Shown here: one piece after another, positions 43,814 through 55,569 of the stretch
How the letters are laid out: each line of letters begins with the position of its first letter
Numbering within the stretch: position 1 is the first letter of the stretch
Assembly: GCA_963693365.1 (NCBI GenBank)
Contig: CAVNZM010000008.1
Location: 5,898,330 to 5,962,329 of the forward strand
Direction: 5' to 3'
DNA from: Amoebidium appalachense
Taxonomy: Eukaryota > Protista > Ichthyosporea
DNA length: 64,000 nucleotides
Made by a program: the position numbers and the translations under genes
The notes under the pieces: generated by a model
What the model saw: only the letters and a program-made list of their open reading frames with translations
Database searches by the model: none
Told to the model about the DNA's origin: nothing

Positions 43814-45280
43814 CACCCTCTTATCGAAGTCCTGGTCCCACATATCGTTGATGGTGCACCCTGCACCCCGCATAATCACAGCGCCCAATCCAAACCAGGC
43901 AAGCATGCCTATATCGGGAAGGTGCCCCGGTGTGGCGGCCAATGCGATGCTCCACGTGCACGGGAGATATAAAAGCCATGTCCCTATTGGCCTGTTAAAA
44001 TTTAATAATTAAGGTGACATGGTGGTGAATGCATGGGAATGTATGCAGACACGTTTTCAGAGTATCGGACTTAGAGGATTAGTAAGGGTGTGTGAGGTGT
44101 ATGGAGTGCTTTTGGTGACAGAAATCGATGTGCCTGAACACAGAAGGGCAGGAGCACGAAATTCTGCCCGAGATATATTATGCCCGAGAAAAATTTACCC
44201 TAGATAAATTTGCCATGGATATTTGTAGTATACTAATCAGGTTGGGCATTCAAAACAGAGGAAAAGACGCTATTCCTGAGGCTTTCTACCAGTCGAAAGT
44301 TGGTGTGCGTTTGTGTCACAGTGTGTGTGTGTGTGTGTGTGTGTGCGTGCGCGCGTGTGTGAGCGTGCACATGCCTTTGTGCCTGCACGCGTGTATGTTG
44401 GTCACGTGTGCGTGCATGTCAATCTCGGTACACATGCCTGCTCTATCAGTTTTCTACGTCCTGTTTGCAAGAATCGTTCATAGCAAGAATCAACACGCGC
44501 GCACCTATATGTCTGTCCATATGTGTGCGTGTGTGTCTGCATGTGTCCGTGTTTGCACGTGTTTGCCATGTGTCCACTCACTTATCCAATCTGGCCAGCT
44601 TCAAATACGGTTGCATTCCTTCCGGTGCCTTCTCCACCACAGCTGCGGCAGAGAGGGCCTTTAGCGACATCATCCTCACCCCCTGCCATTGCCTGAAACT
44701 GTGCGCTGGTAGTGCCAGTGCTCTATTTGCTGCACGGTGGGAAGTAGGCATTCGTCGTAGCAGGCTGTGAAGTGGCCGGGTGCCTAATCTGGTGTATACA
44801 GTTGACTGGCTGTGCCTGTGTTTGTTTGTTTGGGAGGGGGGGGGGGGGGGGGGGGGGGAAGGGAGGAGGGGGGGGGGGGGGGAAAGGGGGGGGGGGAGAG
44901 GAGGGGGGGGGGGGGGGGGGGGATCAGCTCGTTTGTGATATGCGGAAAGGTACTACGCTTTATTTACTAAAACATCCCTGCTCTTTCTACCAATTTTTAG
45001 TGCCATATTTTTTTTTAATGTTAAAAAGACAAACTAATGGTGTTTTTTATGTTGTTGGTTTTGGGGTAGGGGATGACCGGTGGGGTGGCGGGGGGAGGGT
45101 GCGGGGGGGGGGGGGGGGGGGGGGGGGAGGGGGGGGGGGGGGCTTGACGGTGTTAAAAGGGGGATGTGGGGTGTGTGTGTGTTTTGGGGGGGGGGGGGGG
45201 GGGGGGGGGATTACCTGCACAGATTATTCAATTTGCTTGAAAGAGCTGCCAATTGCAGAGGTCTAGGCTGACAGGTCAGC

Positions 45281-45282
<2 letters not shown>
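39508..45282 (-). CDS. COQ2: 4-hydroxybenzoate polyprenyltransferase; exons 45282-45215, ~44787-44582, 43991-43817, 43379-43258, 42847-42628, 41644-41598, 41145-41064, 39690-39508; first exon not located
   Basis: Motifs [73 protein letters not shown] and [27 protein letters not shown]. Introns are GT-AG and in phase. The N-terminus is Arg-rich and presequence-like. Confidence 0.95.
40483..40950. repeat. ~460-bp interspersed repeat, copy 1 (in COQ2 intron), abutting poly-G
   Basis: Highly similar direct copy of 45596-46044. Confidence 0.9.
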
Positions 45283-45337
<55 letters not shown>

Positions 45338-45595
45338 TTCAGTGGGCGAAAAGGGGGGGGGGGGGGGGGGAAGAGGTGGTTGGATCCAGTGTGTATGCCC
45401 AGGGCCGGAGTGGGTTTTGGATATGGAGAGCTGGGGGTGGGGGCGGGGGGAGGGGGGAGGGGGGGGTCAGTATCTATCACAGAATATTAATTACATGTTC
45501 ATGACATAACGATCCTAATCTTGTGAACCATACACTACACAAGTAGCAGCACCTTAAGCAGAGCCCTTTTTTTTCTTCTTTTTTTCCTTTTTTTG

Positions 45596-46044
45596 GGGGG
45601 GGGGGGGGGGGGGGGTTGAATGCGTCAAAAAGTACGAAGTACACAAGAACAAACGGATAACACGATGCAGAATGCAAGCCATACATAAAGAGTATGCATA
45701 ATAAGCAGAGCCCATCCTCAGGGGGGGATGACGTCATCCACAGTACCCGAGTTTCGACCTATTCACCTCGTGAACGAAACCCAACTCAGATACTGTTTCA
45801 CTTGAACATGGGTAGGTCACCCGTCTTGATCAGAGACGAGCAGGGTTACTTATGCAGGCAAGGGCAGTGGGAAAGGCCGGGGGTTAAAGTTGCAGCAGTA
45901 AGCAGAAGCAAGAAAAATATAGATAGGAACTCAGGAGACGGGGCTTCTAGGAACCTCCCCAGTCGCTACCTAAGTCGATACTTCCCTGGCTAACATACTA
46001 CACCAGCTGAAAAGAATCAAGTCCCGAAGGCCGCAGAATTCGTA
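45596..46044. repeat. ~450-bp interspersed repeat, copy 2
   Basis: Direct copy of 40483-40950, running from tgaatgcgtcaaaaagtacgaag to cagaggggaaaatatgaga. Confidence 0.9.
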
Positions 46045-46217
46045 CTCAGAGGGGAAAATATGAGATTTGACCCACGCCGCAGGGTAGTAACACGCTTACT
46101 AGGGCGGAACTTAAACGTCTTCGAACGGAAAGCTATGCCCCCGGATGTCAGCCGGAAATATGGTATCACCCATTGCTTTGGGCTTGAAAAAAGCCAAATC
46201 GGTAGTCCGAGTTATGT

Positions 46218-46249
<32 letters not shown>

Positions 46250-46794
46250 GAGAGAACAAGAACAGGGAGCTATCATGGCAAAGAACGCCCCAGTGCATAG
46301 CCTTTCCACTACCCCTTCCTCTGTGCTCTCCTTGTCGAGTTCAAGTGACCTTTCAGCAGCCACACCCACATCCTTTCTCTCCAAGCGCTTATAACAATGG
46401 CCTATTCCCCTTCCTTTCTTTCTTGCAGATGTGATATTGGGGGCAGGGTGGGGGGTGGGGGGGGGGGGGGGGGGGGGGGGGGGCTTGGGATGTGCAAAAG
46501 CTGAAAGGAGGTGGCGGTGGCGGGGAAGGTAGTGAAGGACGTTAAAGTGTGCTTCAATACAGTGACGGGGGGGATGAAAGGGCAGGAAAAAAAGTTGTCA
46601 CAGCACAAACATGAGGAGGTTGTGTGTGATGTACATGGTACAATACTGGGGAAAGACGGAGGGGGTTAGAACGAAACCCATGTCTTTGTGACTCTTCCCC
46701 CGGATTTTGGCAGTGTGTGTTTTGCAGGCATGTGTGTCCGTGTGATTGATTGGGTGAGTGAGACCCAATGAGTGAGTGAATGAGTGCGTGAATG

Positions 46795-46842
<48 letters not shown>

Positions 46843-46882
46843 CGTGCGTGCGAGCGTGTGTGCATGTGCGCGCGCGAGTGTG

Positions 46883-46916
<34 letters not shown>

Positions 46917-47056
46917 CGTACGTGTGTGTGTATATATGTGTGTGTGTGTGGCTGTGTTTCAGTGTTCATGAGTGTGTGCGTGCATGCGTGAGTGGGTGCT
47001 TGCGTGCGTGCGTGCGTGTGTGTGTGCGTGCCTGCGCCTGTGTGTGCGTGCCTGTG

Positions 47057-47101
<45 letters not shown>

Positions 47102-48006
47102 ACGCACCCGCCATTGAGTGTGTATGCGTGCAGGTGTGTGTGCTTTAAAACGTGCATGGCACTGTGCCCGCACCGCACCGCGAGCACCCAGGTATGACTA
47201 CACGTGTATGCTCAACACGTGGGGTTACACACCTGTATCCGTGGCGCCAACATTTTTAAAGTTCACAAATCCCTCACGGGATATAATATTAATCTGAGCT
47301 TCAAGTTTGTGCCTGCAAGAGGCCGGAACTAAGCAGGAAAAATTAAATAACCAGGATTGGGCTTCCGAGCCTAAAGCTTGAAAGACAACTAAGCTGCGTT
47401 TCAACACTAGGGGAGATGGAGATAAAACTAAACACCTACGTGAGTTAGCAACTAGCCAACATGTGGCTGCTTCAAGAAACTTTGTTGCAAGCTCCGGGCG
47501 GGGTATAACTCCCCCATTTGCCATTGGTCGAAATTCGTTATATGACCAAAATCTTTTCGGGTCGACTCGGGATCGAACATCCGACCCGAATCCCTTACAT
47601 CCGACCCGAATGATCTTAGATCCAGATTCCACATCAGCAGCCTGCTCTTTGATAATTCGATTCGTGTCAAAGGGGTTTACACACTTTTTATTGCGTGGAC
47701 ATTGCCGGAGGCCCAGCCACATTCGACGGCCTACTGCGTTTTCCAGCACAGCCAATCAAATGCAGCCAGTGACATATGTACATGCTAGGCAACAATGAGC
47801 GCCATCGTAGGATCTGACACCCCTATTACATATTATGGGTAAGCAGATGCTAGCATCGGTAGCTCCGACAGAAAGTTAAGGCACCGGATCACAATATCAT
47901 ACTGTGCAGCATTAATAAGGTGATCTAGGATAGTCATCTTAAAACGGATATATTGAGGAAGAGATGAAGAAAAGAGAATAAAACCGCCAATAACCTCCGG
48001 TTTGTC

Positions 48007-48514
48007 AAAAGCCAGATTGCCAGATTGCCAGATTAAAAACCGCCTCGCCAAAAATGGTTATTCGTCGATTAATCGAATCGGAACGTAAAATTTAAACAAA
48101 ATTTTAAGGCCAGATTCAATTTGACCCCTCTTCCAGATTCCAGAATCTGGCGACCCCCACCCCCCCCCCTTCCAGATTGCCAGATTAACCCTGCGCCTTA
48201 CGATTGGCCACGCCAGCACCATATAAAGTTCGTATCCAATCCTTGGCGTTTTGCCTTATTAGTATAGCTTTTCAAAAATGCATAAAACTTGGTAATAAAT
48301 GCCCATTTAACAAAATAAAAATTATTTAAATAATATTTCAAAACTATTATTGTTCATTAAGATAAGCCAAGATATTCTATTACCGCGCAAAATGGCAAGT
48401 GCCTTCTTGACCCAAAAAGCTAGATTTTAGCTCCACAAGAACCGCACCGAAATCTAGCCTTTCTGGAATGCCATCAAAATTCTGGCATTCTGGCAATCTG
48501 GCAATCTGGCTTTT
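48007..48514. repeat. MITE-like segment bracketed by inverted arrays of the 8-mer GCCAGATT
   Basis: aaaagccagattgccagattgccaga at 48007 and tctggcaatctggcaatctggctttt ending at 48514, with further internal copies and an AT-rich core. No TSD identified. Confidence 0.6.
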
Positions 48515-49269
48515 CACGCGAATCGAACATGGCTCACCGTTATCCTGTCAGATAAGAGATCACAGTACTTGAGCCTGTCAAACCCACAAACCTACACAGC
48601 CGTAATAACCAGAAAGCAATAGGTAAGCTAACAGACAAAACAAGCATTCTGCATAAATTCCAAACAGGTGCTTCGACCGGTTTTTGGCTTCACCGGCCCA
48701 CACCGGCCGCCCCAGACTTACCAAGGTCAGCGCTGACATACCCGGGTTGGCCCAGATGATCAGGAGTCATGGGGCGAGTGGCCGAGCGAGACCGAAGTTA
48801 TTTCGGCGAGCCGTCGGTTATTTTGGCGAGCCGATAGGCGAGCCAAAATAATCGTCAAGGCGAGCCGAAATAACGAGGTCGAGCGAGGACACGAGCCGAC
48901 ATGATCCGGTTACGATATGACCCATAAAGATTTAGCATTCACTTTATTGATACATTATGCAAACTTTAACTCGGTTATTTGATTCATACATCATTACATT
49001 CACATTTCAGGCTCATTTTCCTAGTGATCGCTTTGATTGGCTAGCAGCGCACTCACCCATTAACCCGGTTATTCGATTCCTCTAACCCAATAGAAATGTC
49101 CATAGCCTGGTTATTTCGGTGAGTGCGCTCTAGGCCAATCACGGCAAGACTAACTGAAGTTAAAGGTCGTGTCGTCATCCAATCAGATCACACCCCGACG
49201 CTCGGAATATCGTAACCAATTGCAAACAGCAAGCCACTACCCCCTCTCTCTCCCCTTCCCCCTCTCTCT

Positions 49270-49922
49270 CCCCTTCTCCCCTCTCTCTCCCCTTCTCCCC
49301 TGGGCACAAATACAAATAAACCCCGCAATAGTGTGTGTGTGACTTTGGACTGCCACTTACTTATTAAACATGTACACAATCACAAGATAATCACGCAATA
49401 TAACAAATGGAAAAAGATACCACACGACACTAGACCCGATGAAAGCATACACCTTGAAAAACTAAGCCTTATGTCTCGTTTTATATATACTGACCGCCTC
49501 AACCATATTGCCAAATATGGCACTCGCAAGTGTATAACACCTAAATACATATTACCTTCCTGTAGAACTGGTCTTTCTCTAGCTGATGGTATTATTGATC
49601 AATTACCACGCTTTTACTGTACACGTGCTATACAGTGGAGATCTAATAAGTATAAGGTGGCATCATTTGCATGCCCAAACAACACACACACACACCAGTT
49701 TAACCGGTCATGTATCGCCAAATGTAGTTTGATAGACCACATAATACCGCAACACACACACGTCACATTCACAACAGACACCCAGAAAGATAGCCTACCT
49801 GTAAATTACAACATCCTTGATTTTATACTAAACACGCGTAACTACGACCTGTTTATTAGATGTATTGATTGGCTTGAGAAACACATCACTACAAAATTAT
49901 AGCGCACGCGCACACACACACA

Positions 49923-49972
<50 letters not shown>
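49270..49972 (+). mobile_element. 5'-truncated non-LTR retrotransposon 3' end with (CA)n tail, copy 2
   Basis: ORF 49333..49902 (WR...C...C...ILDFILN, a LINE ORF2-like C-terminus) stops directly before a CA microsatellite. Second copy at 37203-37790. Confidence 0.65.
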
Positions 49973-49973
<1 letters not shown>

Positions 49974-50005
49974 CCAGCTGATACCGAGTGTCCCGAGGGG
50001 AGCCC

Positions 50006-50051
<46 letters not shown>

Positions 50052-50275
50052 GGGGAACCCCAACTAATTGATTTCTCCTTGTAGTCTTTATGGTGTCTCG
50101 TAGAGAAAGTAAACCCTGATATATAGTCACCACCCGACATCTATGTACGTGATCATGATATACCGCTGAGGGGATATTCCGAGCAAACCCCCCCCCCCCC
50201 ATACCTGAGACTGGTTCTCTTTGCCTCGAGTAAACAGCGTAAACCCCCACGGCCATCTAGCCTGAGACTCGCCAC

Positions 50276-50321
50276 CAAGGCCTCCTAAATAGCACACCGG
50301 TGTGCTATTTAGGAGGCCTTG
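50276..50321. mobile_element. 46-bp perfect palindromic mini-element with 8-bp TSD CTCGCCAC
   Basis: ctcgccac[caaggcctcctaaatagcacacc|ggtgtgctatttaggaggccttg]ctcgccac. Confidence 0.9.
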
Positions 50322-50999
50322 CTCGCCACTACCGATCGGGCCGCAACGTTCAGGACTCCCAGTCCCCAACAAGCCCTCTATACACACACACACACAGCTA
50401 TTACCAGGACGCAAAGCAAAAGCAAAAGCAAAAGCTAACAGACGCAACAAAGCCTTCCCACAACCGAAAGCCTGTGCCGTATGATGCTGAACATCCGTAC
50501 GGGTCGCTGTTTGCAGCCACGTCGCCCCTGGGCCCCAACCGACCCGGGCAGGCCGGCTAAGACCAATGCACCCTCCAATATAAAGTGTACTGATTGGCGG
50601 CGCGGGCCCGGACCTGGCCCGGCCCGCCGTTCTACACGCTGAACCCTTGTTAGCCCCAAAAAGTGACCTTTAGATCCATGCGCAGCTGCCTTATATAGTA
50701 TGATCTGAAACTTTTGTCCAATGAAAATCGTTATCGCTCCCAATTATTGCTTCATTCTGATTGGTTGTCACACCACGGGGTTTCCCGATTGTTCTTCGAA
50801 TGACATTTGCTATCACTATCAGACAGTTCTCCAATATCAGAACAGAAAACGGTCTCTACCCAGATGGCCAGATGGCCAGGTCAAATTCAGTGTGTGGAAA
50901 AAGGTGGATAAAACGGGATAAAACGGTGAGCAAAATGATCTGGCCATCTGGCCATGTGGCCATGGAATCTCTATATCTAAAAATAGCTGCCACTGCGCC

Positions 51000-51215
51000 G
51001 GGGCCTGGTTCCGGGAGGCAGGGGAGCAGGGGAGCCACTCAGTGTGTGGGTGTGCATATGGCCATGGTCACACTGGGGCCTGGTTCCGGGAGGCAGGGGA
51101 GCAGGGGAGGCACTCAGTGTGTGGGTGTGCATATGGCCATGGTCACACTGGGGCCTGGTTCCGGGAGGCAGGGGAGCAGGGGAGGCACCCAGTGTGTGGG
51201 TGTGCATGTGGCAGG
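51000..51215. repeat. 72-bp tandem repeat, ~3 copies, related to the 93-bp array unit
   Basis: ggggcctggttccgggaggcaggggagcagggg repeats three times; inverted similarity to the ggaaccacgcccc/ggaaccaggcccc units at 4600-8150. Confidence 0.9.
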
Positions 51216-51357
51216 GGAGCAGGGGGGACTGGGGGGCTGGGGGGCAGGGGGGCAGGGGAGCAGGGGAGCAGGGGGGCAGGGGAGGCAGGGGAGACTGGCA
51301 TGCCACTCACGGGGAGGATAGTGTATGTTGGCACGTGTGGGTGTGTGGGTGGTTTTT

Positions 51358-51975
51358 TTATTTGGGCTTGTGCTTATGGCAATGGGTCGTAGATTTCACC
51401 CTGTTTTTGCAGGGATTGCCAGCCTTGGTTTTGCCCTGGCAGTACCCATTTTCCCTGCCCACACCCACCGCTGCAGCTGCAACCGGTGGCTGTGGTGCAC
51501 TCATGGGTGGATCCGGAGTGGACACAGTCAGCGCGGGTACCCCGGTGCGCTCGGTGCGAGGGCGCTGCATTTCTGCGACTGTAAAGGCGGCCAGGAGGTC
51601 GTCCAGCAGGAGGTTTGCATGAGCATAGTCCCCGGCCTTGTGGGGGTGGAGGATGTTGATGGTGTTGTCGCTGTAGAGGAGGACACCGGTGGCAGGGGCA
51701 AAGCATACCCAGGGCTTGAAGCCGTCCTTGTGGTGTGGGCATGTTTTCTTTTTGTTTTTGCACTGGGCTTTTTTTGAGGGTGCAAATGCAGGGCATCGTT
51801 CGGGGTCAACCGAATCGGGGCGCAAAAGTGCGTCTCCCATTTCTAGTGTTTTGTTTTGGTGTGCACTGTTCTTGGATTGGGGTGAAGTGAGACAAAAAGT
51901 AAAAGCGAGTACTTTTTGTTGACTGGTTGATGGCATATCAATCAATCTCTTGGTGCCAAACCACTGACCAATCAC
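51358..51975 (-). CDS. Hypothetical protein with two C-x8-C...C-x2-H zinc-finger-like motifs
   Basis: CPAFAPSKKAQCKNKKKTCPHH and CQGKTKAGNPCKNRVKSTTHCHKH resemble the CxxxTKxGxxCxN...CxxH (DUF5763-like) motif. The true start is uncertain (ATGs near 51935 or 51840). Confidence 0.6.
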   Translation of the reverse strand: MIGQWFGTKRLIDMPSTSQQKVLAFTFCLTSPQSKNSAHQNKTLEMGDALLRPDSVDPERCPAFAPSKKAQCKNKKKTCPHHKDGFKPWVCFAPATGVLLYSDNTINILHPHKAGDYAHANLLLDDLLAAFTVAEMQRPRTERTGVPALTVSTPDPPMSAPQPPVAAAAVGVGRENGYCQGKTKAGNPCKNRVKSTTHCHKHKPK

Positions 51976-52096
51976 ATGGGTGTATTCACGAATTCCAATC
52001 TAAATTCGGCATCTGGAGAGAGGGGTACTGGTAAAACACAAGAGCAACACGGCATCAAGAGTTTGTACCACAGGCAAGATCTCAGAGAGGTCACTT

Positions 52097-52417
52097 TTGG
52101 GGTGTAACACGTCGGATACTGAAAGTTTTGTGAGGTACACGTACATGTTCGACAGCACGGTCACCACAGGCATTCTTTATGTGATATCTATATGCAGTGT
52201 CGTTGCAAATATACACTGGTACAATTTAATGAAGTCCGAACCGAATGCTAGAGAGAAAGTGAACAAAATGTATCTGGTGTACGTCAGCGCTGCTATTGTC
52301 CTCACATGTTTATTGGTTACACCATTGATGTATGCAGTCATATACTATTTCAATAAGAAGACGGGTGCTGCGGAGTACGACACCGCTCTGAGACAAACAA
52401 GTCACTCGGACTTTTAA
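52097..52417 (+). CDS. Possible small two-TM membrane protein or exon
   Basis: Two hydrophobic stretches (GILYVISICSVVA; YLVYVSAAIVLTCLLVTPLMYAVIYY). The ORF track start is not an ATG. Confidence 0.3.
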   Translation: MGCNTSDTESFVRYTYMFDSTVTTGILYVISICSVVANIHWYNLMKSEPNAREKVNKMYLVYVSAAIVLTCLLVTPLMYAVIYYFNKKTGAAEYDTALRQTSHSDF

Positions 52418-52440
52418 TCCGATTGACGTGTCACCGCGCC

Positions 52441-52958
52441 AGCGCTGCATACAAAAAGACCCGAAGTGGAGTATACGACAAACCCAGCGCCAGCGCTTCA
52501 TACCCAAAGTGGATACAATAAAAAGACAGTTGCTGTGTGTGCAAAGCTGTGTGTGCAAAAAGAGGGGAAATAAGCGCTGCATACAAAAAGACCCGAAGTG
52601 GAGTATACGACAAACCCAGCGCCAGCGCTTCATACCCAAAGTGGATACAATAAAAAGACAGTTGCTGTGTGTGCAAAGCTGTGTGTGCAAAAAGAGGGGA
52701 AATAAGCGCTGCATACAAAAAGACCCGAAGTGCAAACCCAGCGCCAGCGCTTCATACCCAAAGTGGATACAATAAAAAGACAGTTGCTGTGTGTGCAAAG
52801 CTGTGTGTGCAAAAAGAGGGGAAATAAGCGCTGCATACAAAAAGACCCGAAGTGGAGTATACGACAAACCCAGCGCCAGCGCTTCATACCCAAAGTGGAT
52901 ACAATAAAAAGACAGTTGCTGTGTGTGCAAAGCTGTGTGTGCAAAAAGAGGGGAAATA
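52441..52958. repeat. 132-bp tandem repeat, 4 copies (one with a deletion)
   Basis: agcgctgcatacaaaaagacccgaagtg period corresponds to the 44-aa repeat in the ORF track. Confidence 0.95.
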
Positions 52959-52962
52959 AATA

Positions 52963-53273
52963 CTTTAAACGTGCATGCAATATACATCGATAGACTTATG
53001 AAAGCACACAAACTGTGTGCCACACGGGCATGCATGCATGGGGAGGGAGTGTGGGGTGGGGGGGAGGGGGGGGGGGGGGGGAGACTTTGAACGTGCATGC
53101 AATAGACTTATGAAAGCACACAAACTGTGTGCCACACGGGCATGCATGCATCGATAGACTTATGAAAGCACACAAACTGTGTGCCACACGGGCATGCATG
53201 CATCGATAGACTTATGAAAGCACACAAACTGTGTGCCACACGGGCATGCATGCATGGGGAGGGAGTGTGGGGT

Positions 53274-53312
<39 letters not shown>

Positions 53313-53399
53313 GACTTTGAACGTGCATGCAATAGACTTATGAAAGCACACAAACTGTGTGCCACACGGGCATGCATGCATGGGGAGGGAGTGTGGGGT

Positions 53400-53437
<38 letters not shown>

Positions 53438-53649
53438 GACTTTGAACGTGCATGCAATAGACTTATGAAAGCACACAAACTGTGTGCCACACGGGCATGC
53501 ATGCATGGGGAGGGAGTGTGGGGTGGGGGGGGAGGGGGGGGGGGTGGGGGGGGGGGGGGGGAGACTTTGAACGTGCATGCAATAGACTTATGAAAGCACA
53601 CAAACTGTGTGCCACACGGGCATGCATGCATGGGGAGGGAGTGTGGGGT

Positions 53650-53685
<36 letters not shown>

Positions 53686-53975
53686 GACTTTGAACGTGCA
53701 TGCAATAGACTTATGAAAGCACACAAACTGTGTGCCACACGGGCATGCATGCATCGATAGACTTATGAAAGCACACAAACTGTGTGCCACACGGGCATGC
53801 ATGCATGGGGAGGGAGTGTGGGGTGGGGGGGGGGGGGGGAGGGGGGGGGGAGACTTTGAACGTGCATGCAATAGACTTATGAAAGCACACAAACTGTGTG
53901 CCACACGGGCATGCATGCACGGGGAGGGAGTGTGGGGAGGGGGGGGGGGGGGGGGAGACTTTGAACGTGCATGCA
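52963..53975. repeat. ~125-bp poly-G-containing tandem repeat with 52-bp subunit duplications
   Basis: atagacttatgaaagcacacaaactgtgtgccacacgggcatgcatgca occurs ten times. Confidence 0.95.
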
Positions 53976-54315
53976 AGTGTGTACCAAAAGGGACCTGGAC
54001 TTCTTTGTATACAATCGATATTTAATCGGTTGAAAACAGCAAAACAAGACTTGTACATATATAATAACCACAAGATACTAAACCATCCAGAAGACTTGTA
54101 CATATATAATAACCACAAGATACTAAACCATCCAGAACCAGAAAAAAAAGATGCCTACATGCTATCATAAGATGCTTGTTAACATAAATACAGAAACCGT
54201 AAGGTGCTACCAGTATCAACAGTCATATATTAAAATACATCAGCCAGCCCCTGTGGCCATACCCAGCCCCTGACACATACAACAAAATCAAAACACACCC
54301 CTCACCACTCCCAAC

Positions 54316-55569
54316 CTAATCTTCATCGTTTTCATCACTGTCCCCGTGAATAACCTGTATATCTGAAACTTGCTTTGCTCGTGTCCTGCCACTGCGGGCA
54401 GGGGCTGGTTTCTGACTCGGTTTTTGTTTCTTTGCTCGACCACTTTCTTTCCCTTTCTTCCCCTCAACCTTCTCGCCCAAAGCCATCATGTCCTCCAATT
54501 CCTCATCTAATGAGGTCTCAAATGACGTCTCTTCCTGGCGCCGTTTGTACACACCAATAGAATTATCTGACACCCCTCTCTTTGAACCCTGGGAATATGC
54601 AGAGGGGTTCGACATCATGGAGGCCCCAAAAGTGTGGGATTGGGTGCTGGTAACGGTGGTGAGGGACGGATTGAAGGGGGGTACGGGCATGGAAAAACCG
54701 GTTGGGGGGAGGGGGAGAATGGGCAGGGGGAGGTTGGGGGTTTTGGGCTGAGTGGTACCGGGCGGGGGGAGGGTGGGGATGGGATTTTGATTGGTCGTAC
54801 CAGGGGGGGGGGGGGGGGGGGCGAGACCGTGTTGGACGGTAATGTCGGGGAGGGGCTGGGGGTCATTCCAATCACGAAGTCTCTGTGTGCTCTCGTCGAT
54901 TGTTCTACGGTATGATTCCCTCATGGTCGCAATGTGTGACTGAAGCTTGGTAATCTCGGCCCGGTATCTTTCCCCTTCAGCCTGATGCTCCAGGATATCG
55001 GCCACCTTTCCAACAAGCTGCCCTTCGAGGTCCCGATTCTTTGCCGATAACACCTGTTCCTTTGCATCTGCAAGGTGTTTTTGTTTGGCCGCCGCCGATT
55101 TTAGCTCGGCAATTTCCCCCTTAAGGATTTGGATGTCGTGATCCTTCGTTTGTAATTCTTTCTCTGCGGCTTCCAGCTTCTCCTGCAATTCGGTGGTTGG
55201 GGTGGTGACAGCGGGTGCAGTGGCCGCAGTACCGACCTTTGCCAATGCAGAGGCAATGGCACTGTCTACTTTCGACTGCAACACAGTCTCCAAGTACTCT
55301 TCGATCATTTTTGGATCGACGGGAGCAGTGTCGCCGGAGTGTGTGGGGGGGGTGGATGGGGGGGACTTCCCCGCCGAAGTGCGGGGGGGGTTGGATGGGG
55401 GGGACTTCCCCGCCGAAGTGCGGGGGGGGTTGGATGGGGAGAGGACTTCGCCGCCGGAGTGTGGGGGGGAGTTGGATGGGGGGGGGGCTTGCGTTGTGAC
55501 GGGGTCGGCGGACTTGCTGATGTTGGTTTCGTATGACCCCGACCCGGGAGCTTGCTGGGAATAATCCAT
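54316..55569 (-). CDS. Hypothetical ~417-aa protein: Pro/Ser-rich N-terminus, central coiled coil, Pro-rich linker, basic then acidic C-terminus
   Basis: Intronless ORF with likely start MDYSQQ at 55569; the upstream in-frame part is T-rich and UTR-like. Heptad pattern ELQEKLEAAEKELQTKDHDIQILKGEIAELK. Confidence 0.7.
   Translation of the reverse strand: MDYSQQAPGSGSYETNISKSADPVTTQAPPPSNSPPHSGGEVLSPSNPPRTSAGKSPPSNPPRTSAGKSPPSTPPTHSGDTAPVDPKMIEEYLETVLQSKVDSAIASALAKVGTAATAPAVTTPTTELQEKLEAAEKELQTKDHDIQILKGEIAELKSAAAKQKHLADAKEQVLSAKNRDLEGQLVGKVADILEHQAEGERYRAEITKLQSHIATMRESYRRTIDESTQRLRDWNDPQPLPDITVQHGLAPPPPPPGTTNQNPIPTLPPPGTTQPKTPNLPLPILPLPPTGFSMPVPPFNPSLTTVTSTQSHTFGASMMSNPSAYSQGSKRGVSDNSIGVYKRRQEETSFETSLDEELEDMMALGEKVEGKKGKESGRAKKQKPSQKPAPARSGRTRAKQVSDIQVIHGDSDENDED

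Noticed and set aside
47225-47755. ORF as first exon of COQ2 or a separate gene
   Set aside because: No recognisable domain, and I could not establish a phase-compatible splice to the 45282 exon.
50501-50565. HDV-like ribozyme (gggtcg...cgaccc gggca...ggctaa)
   Set aside because: P1-like pairing exists, but no convincing P2, P3/L3 or P4.
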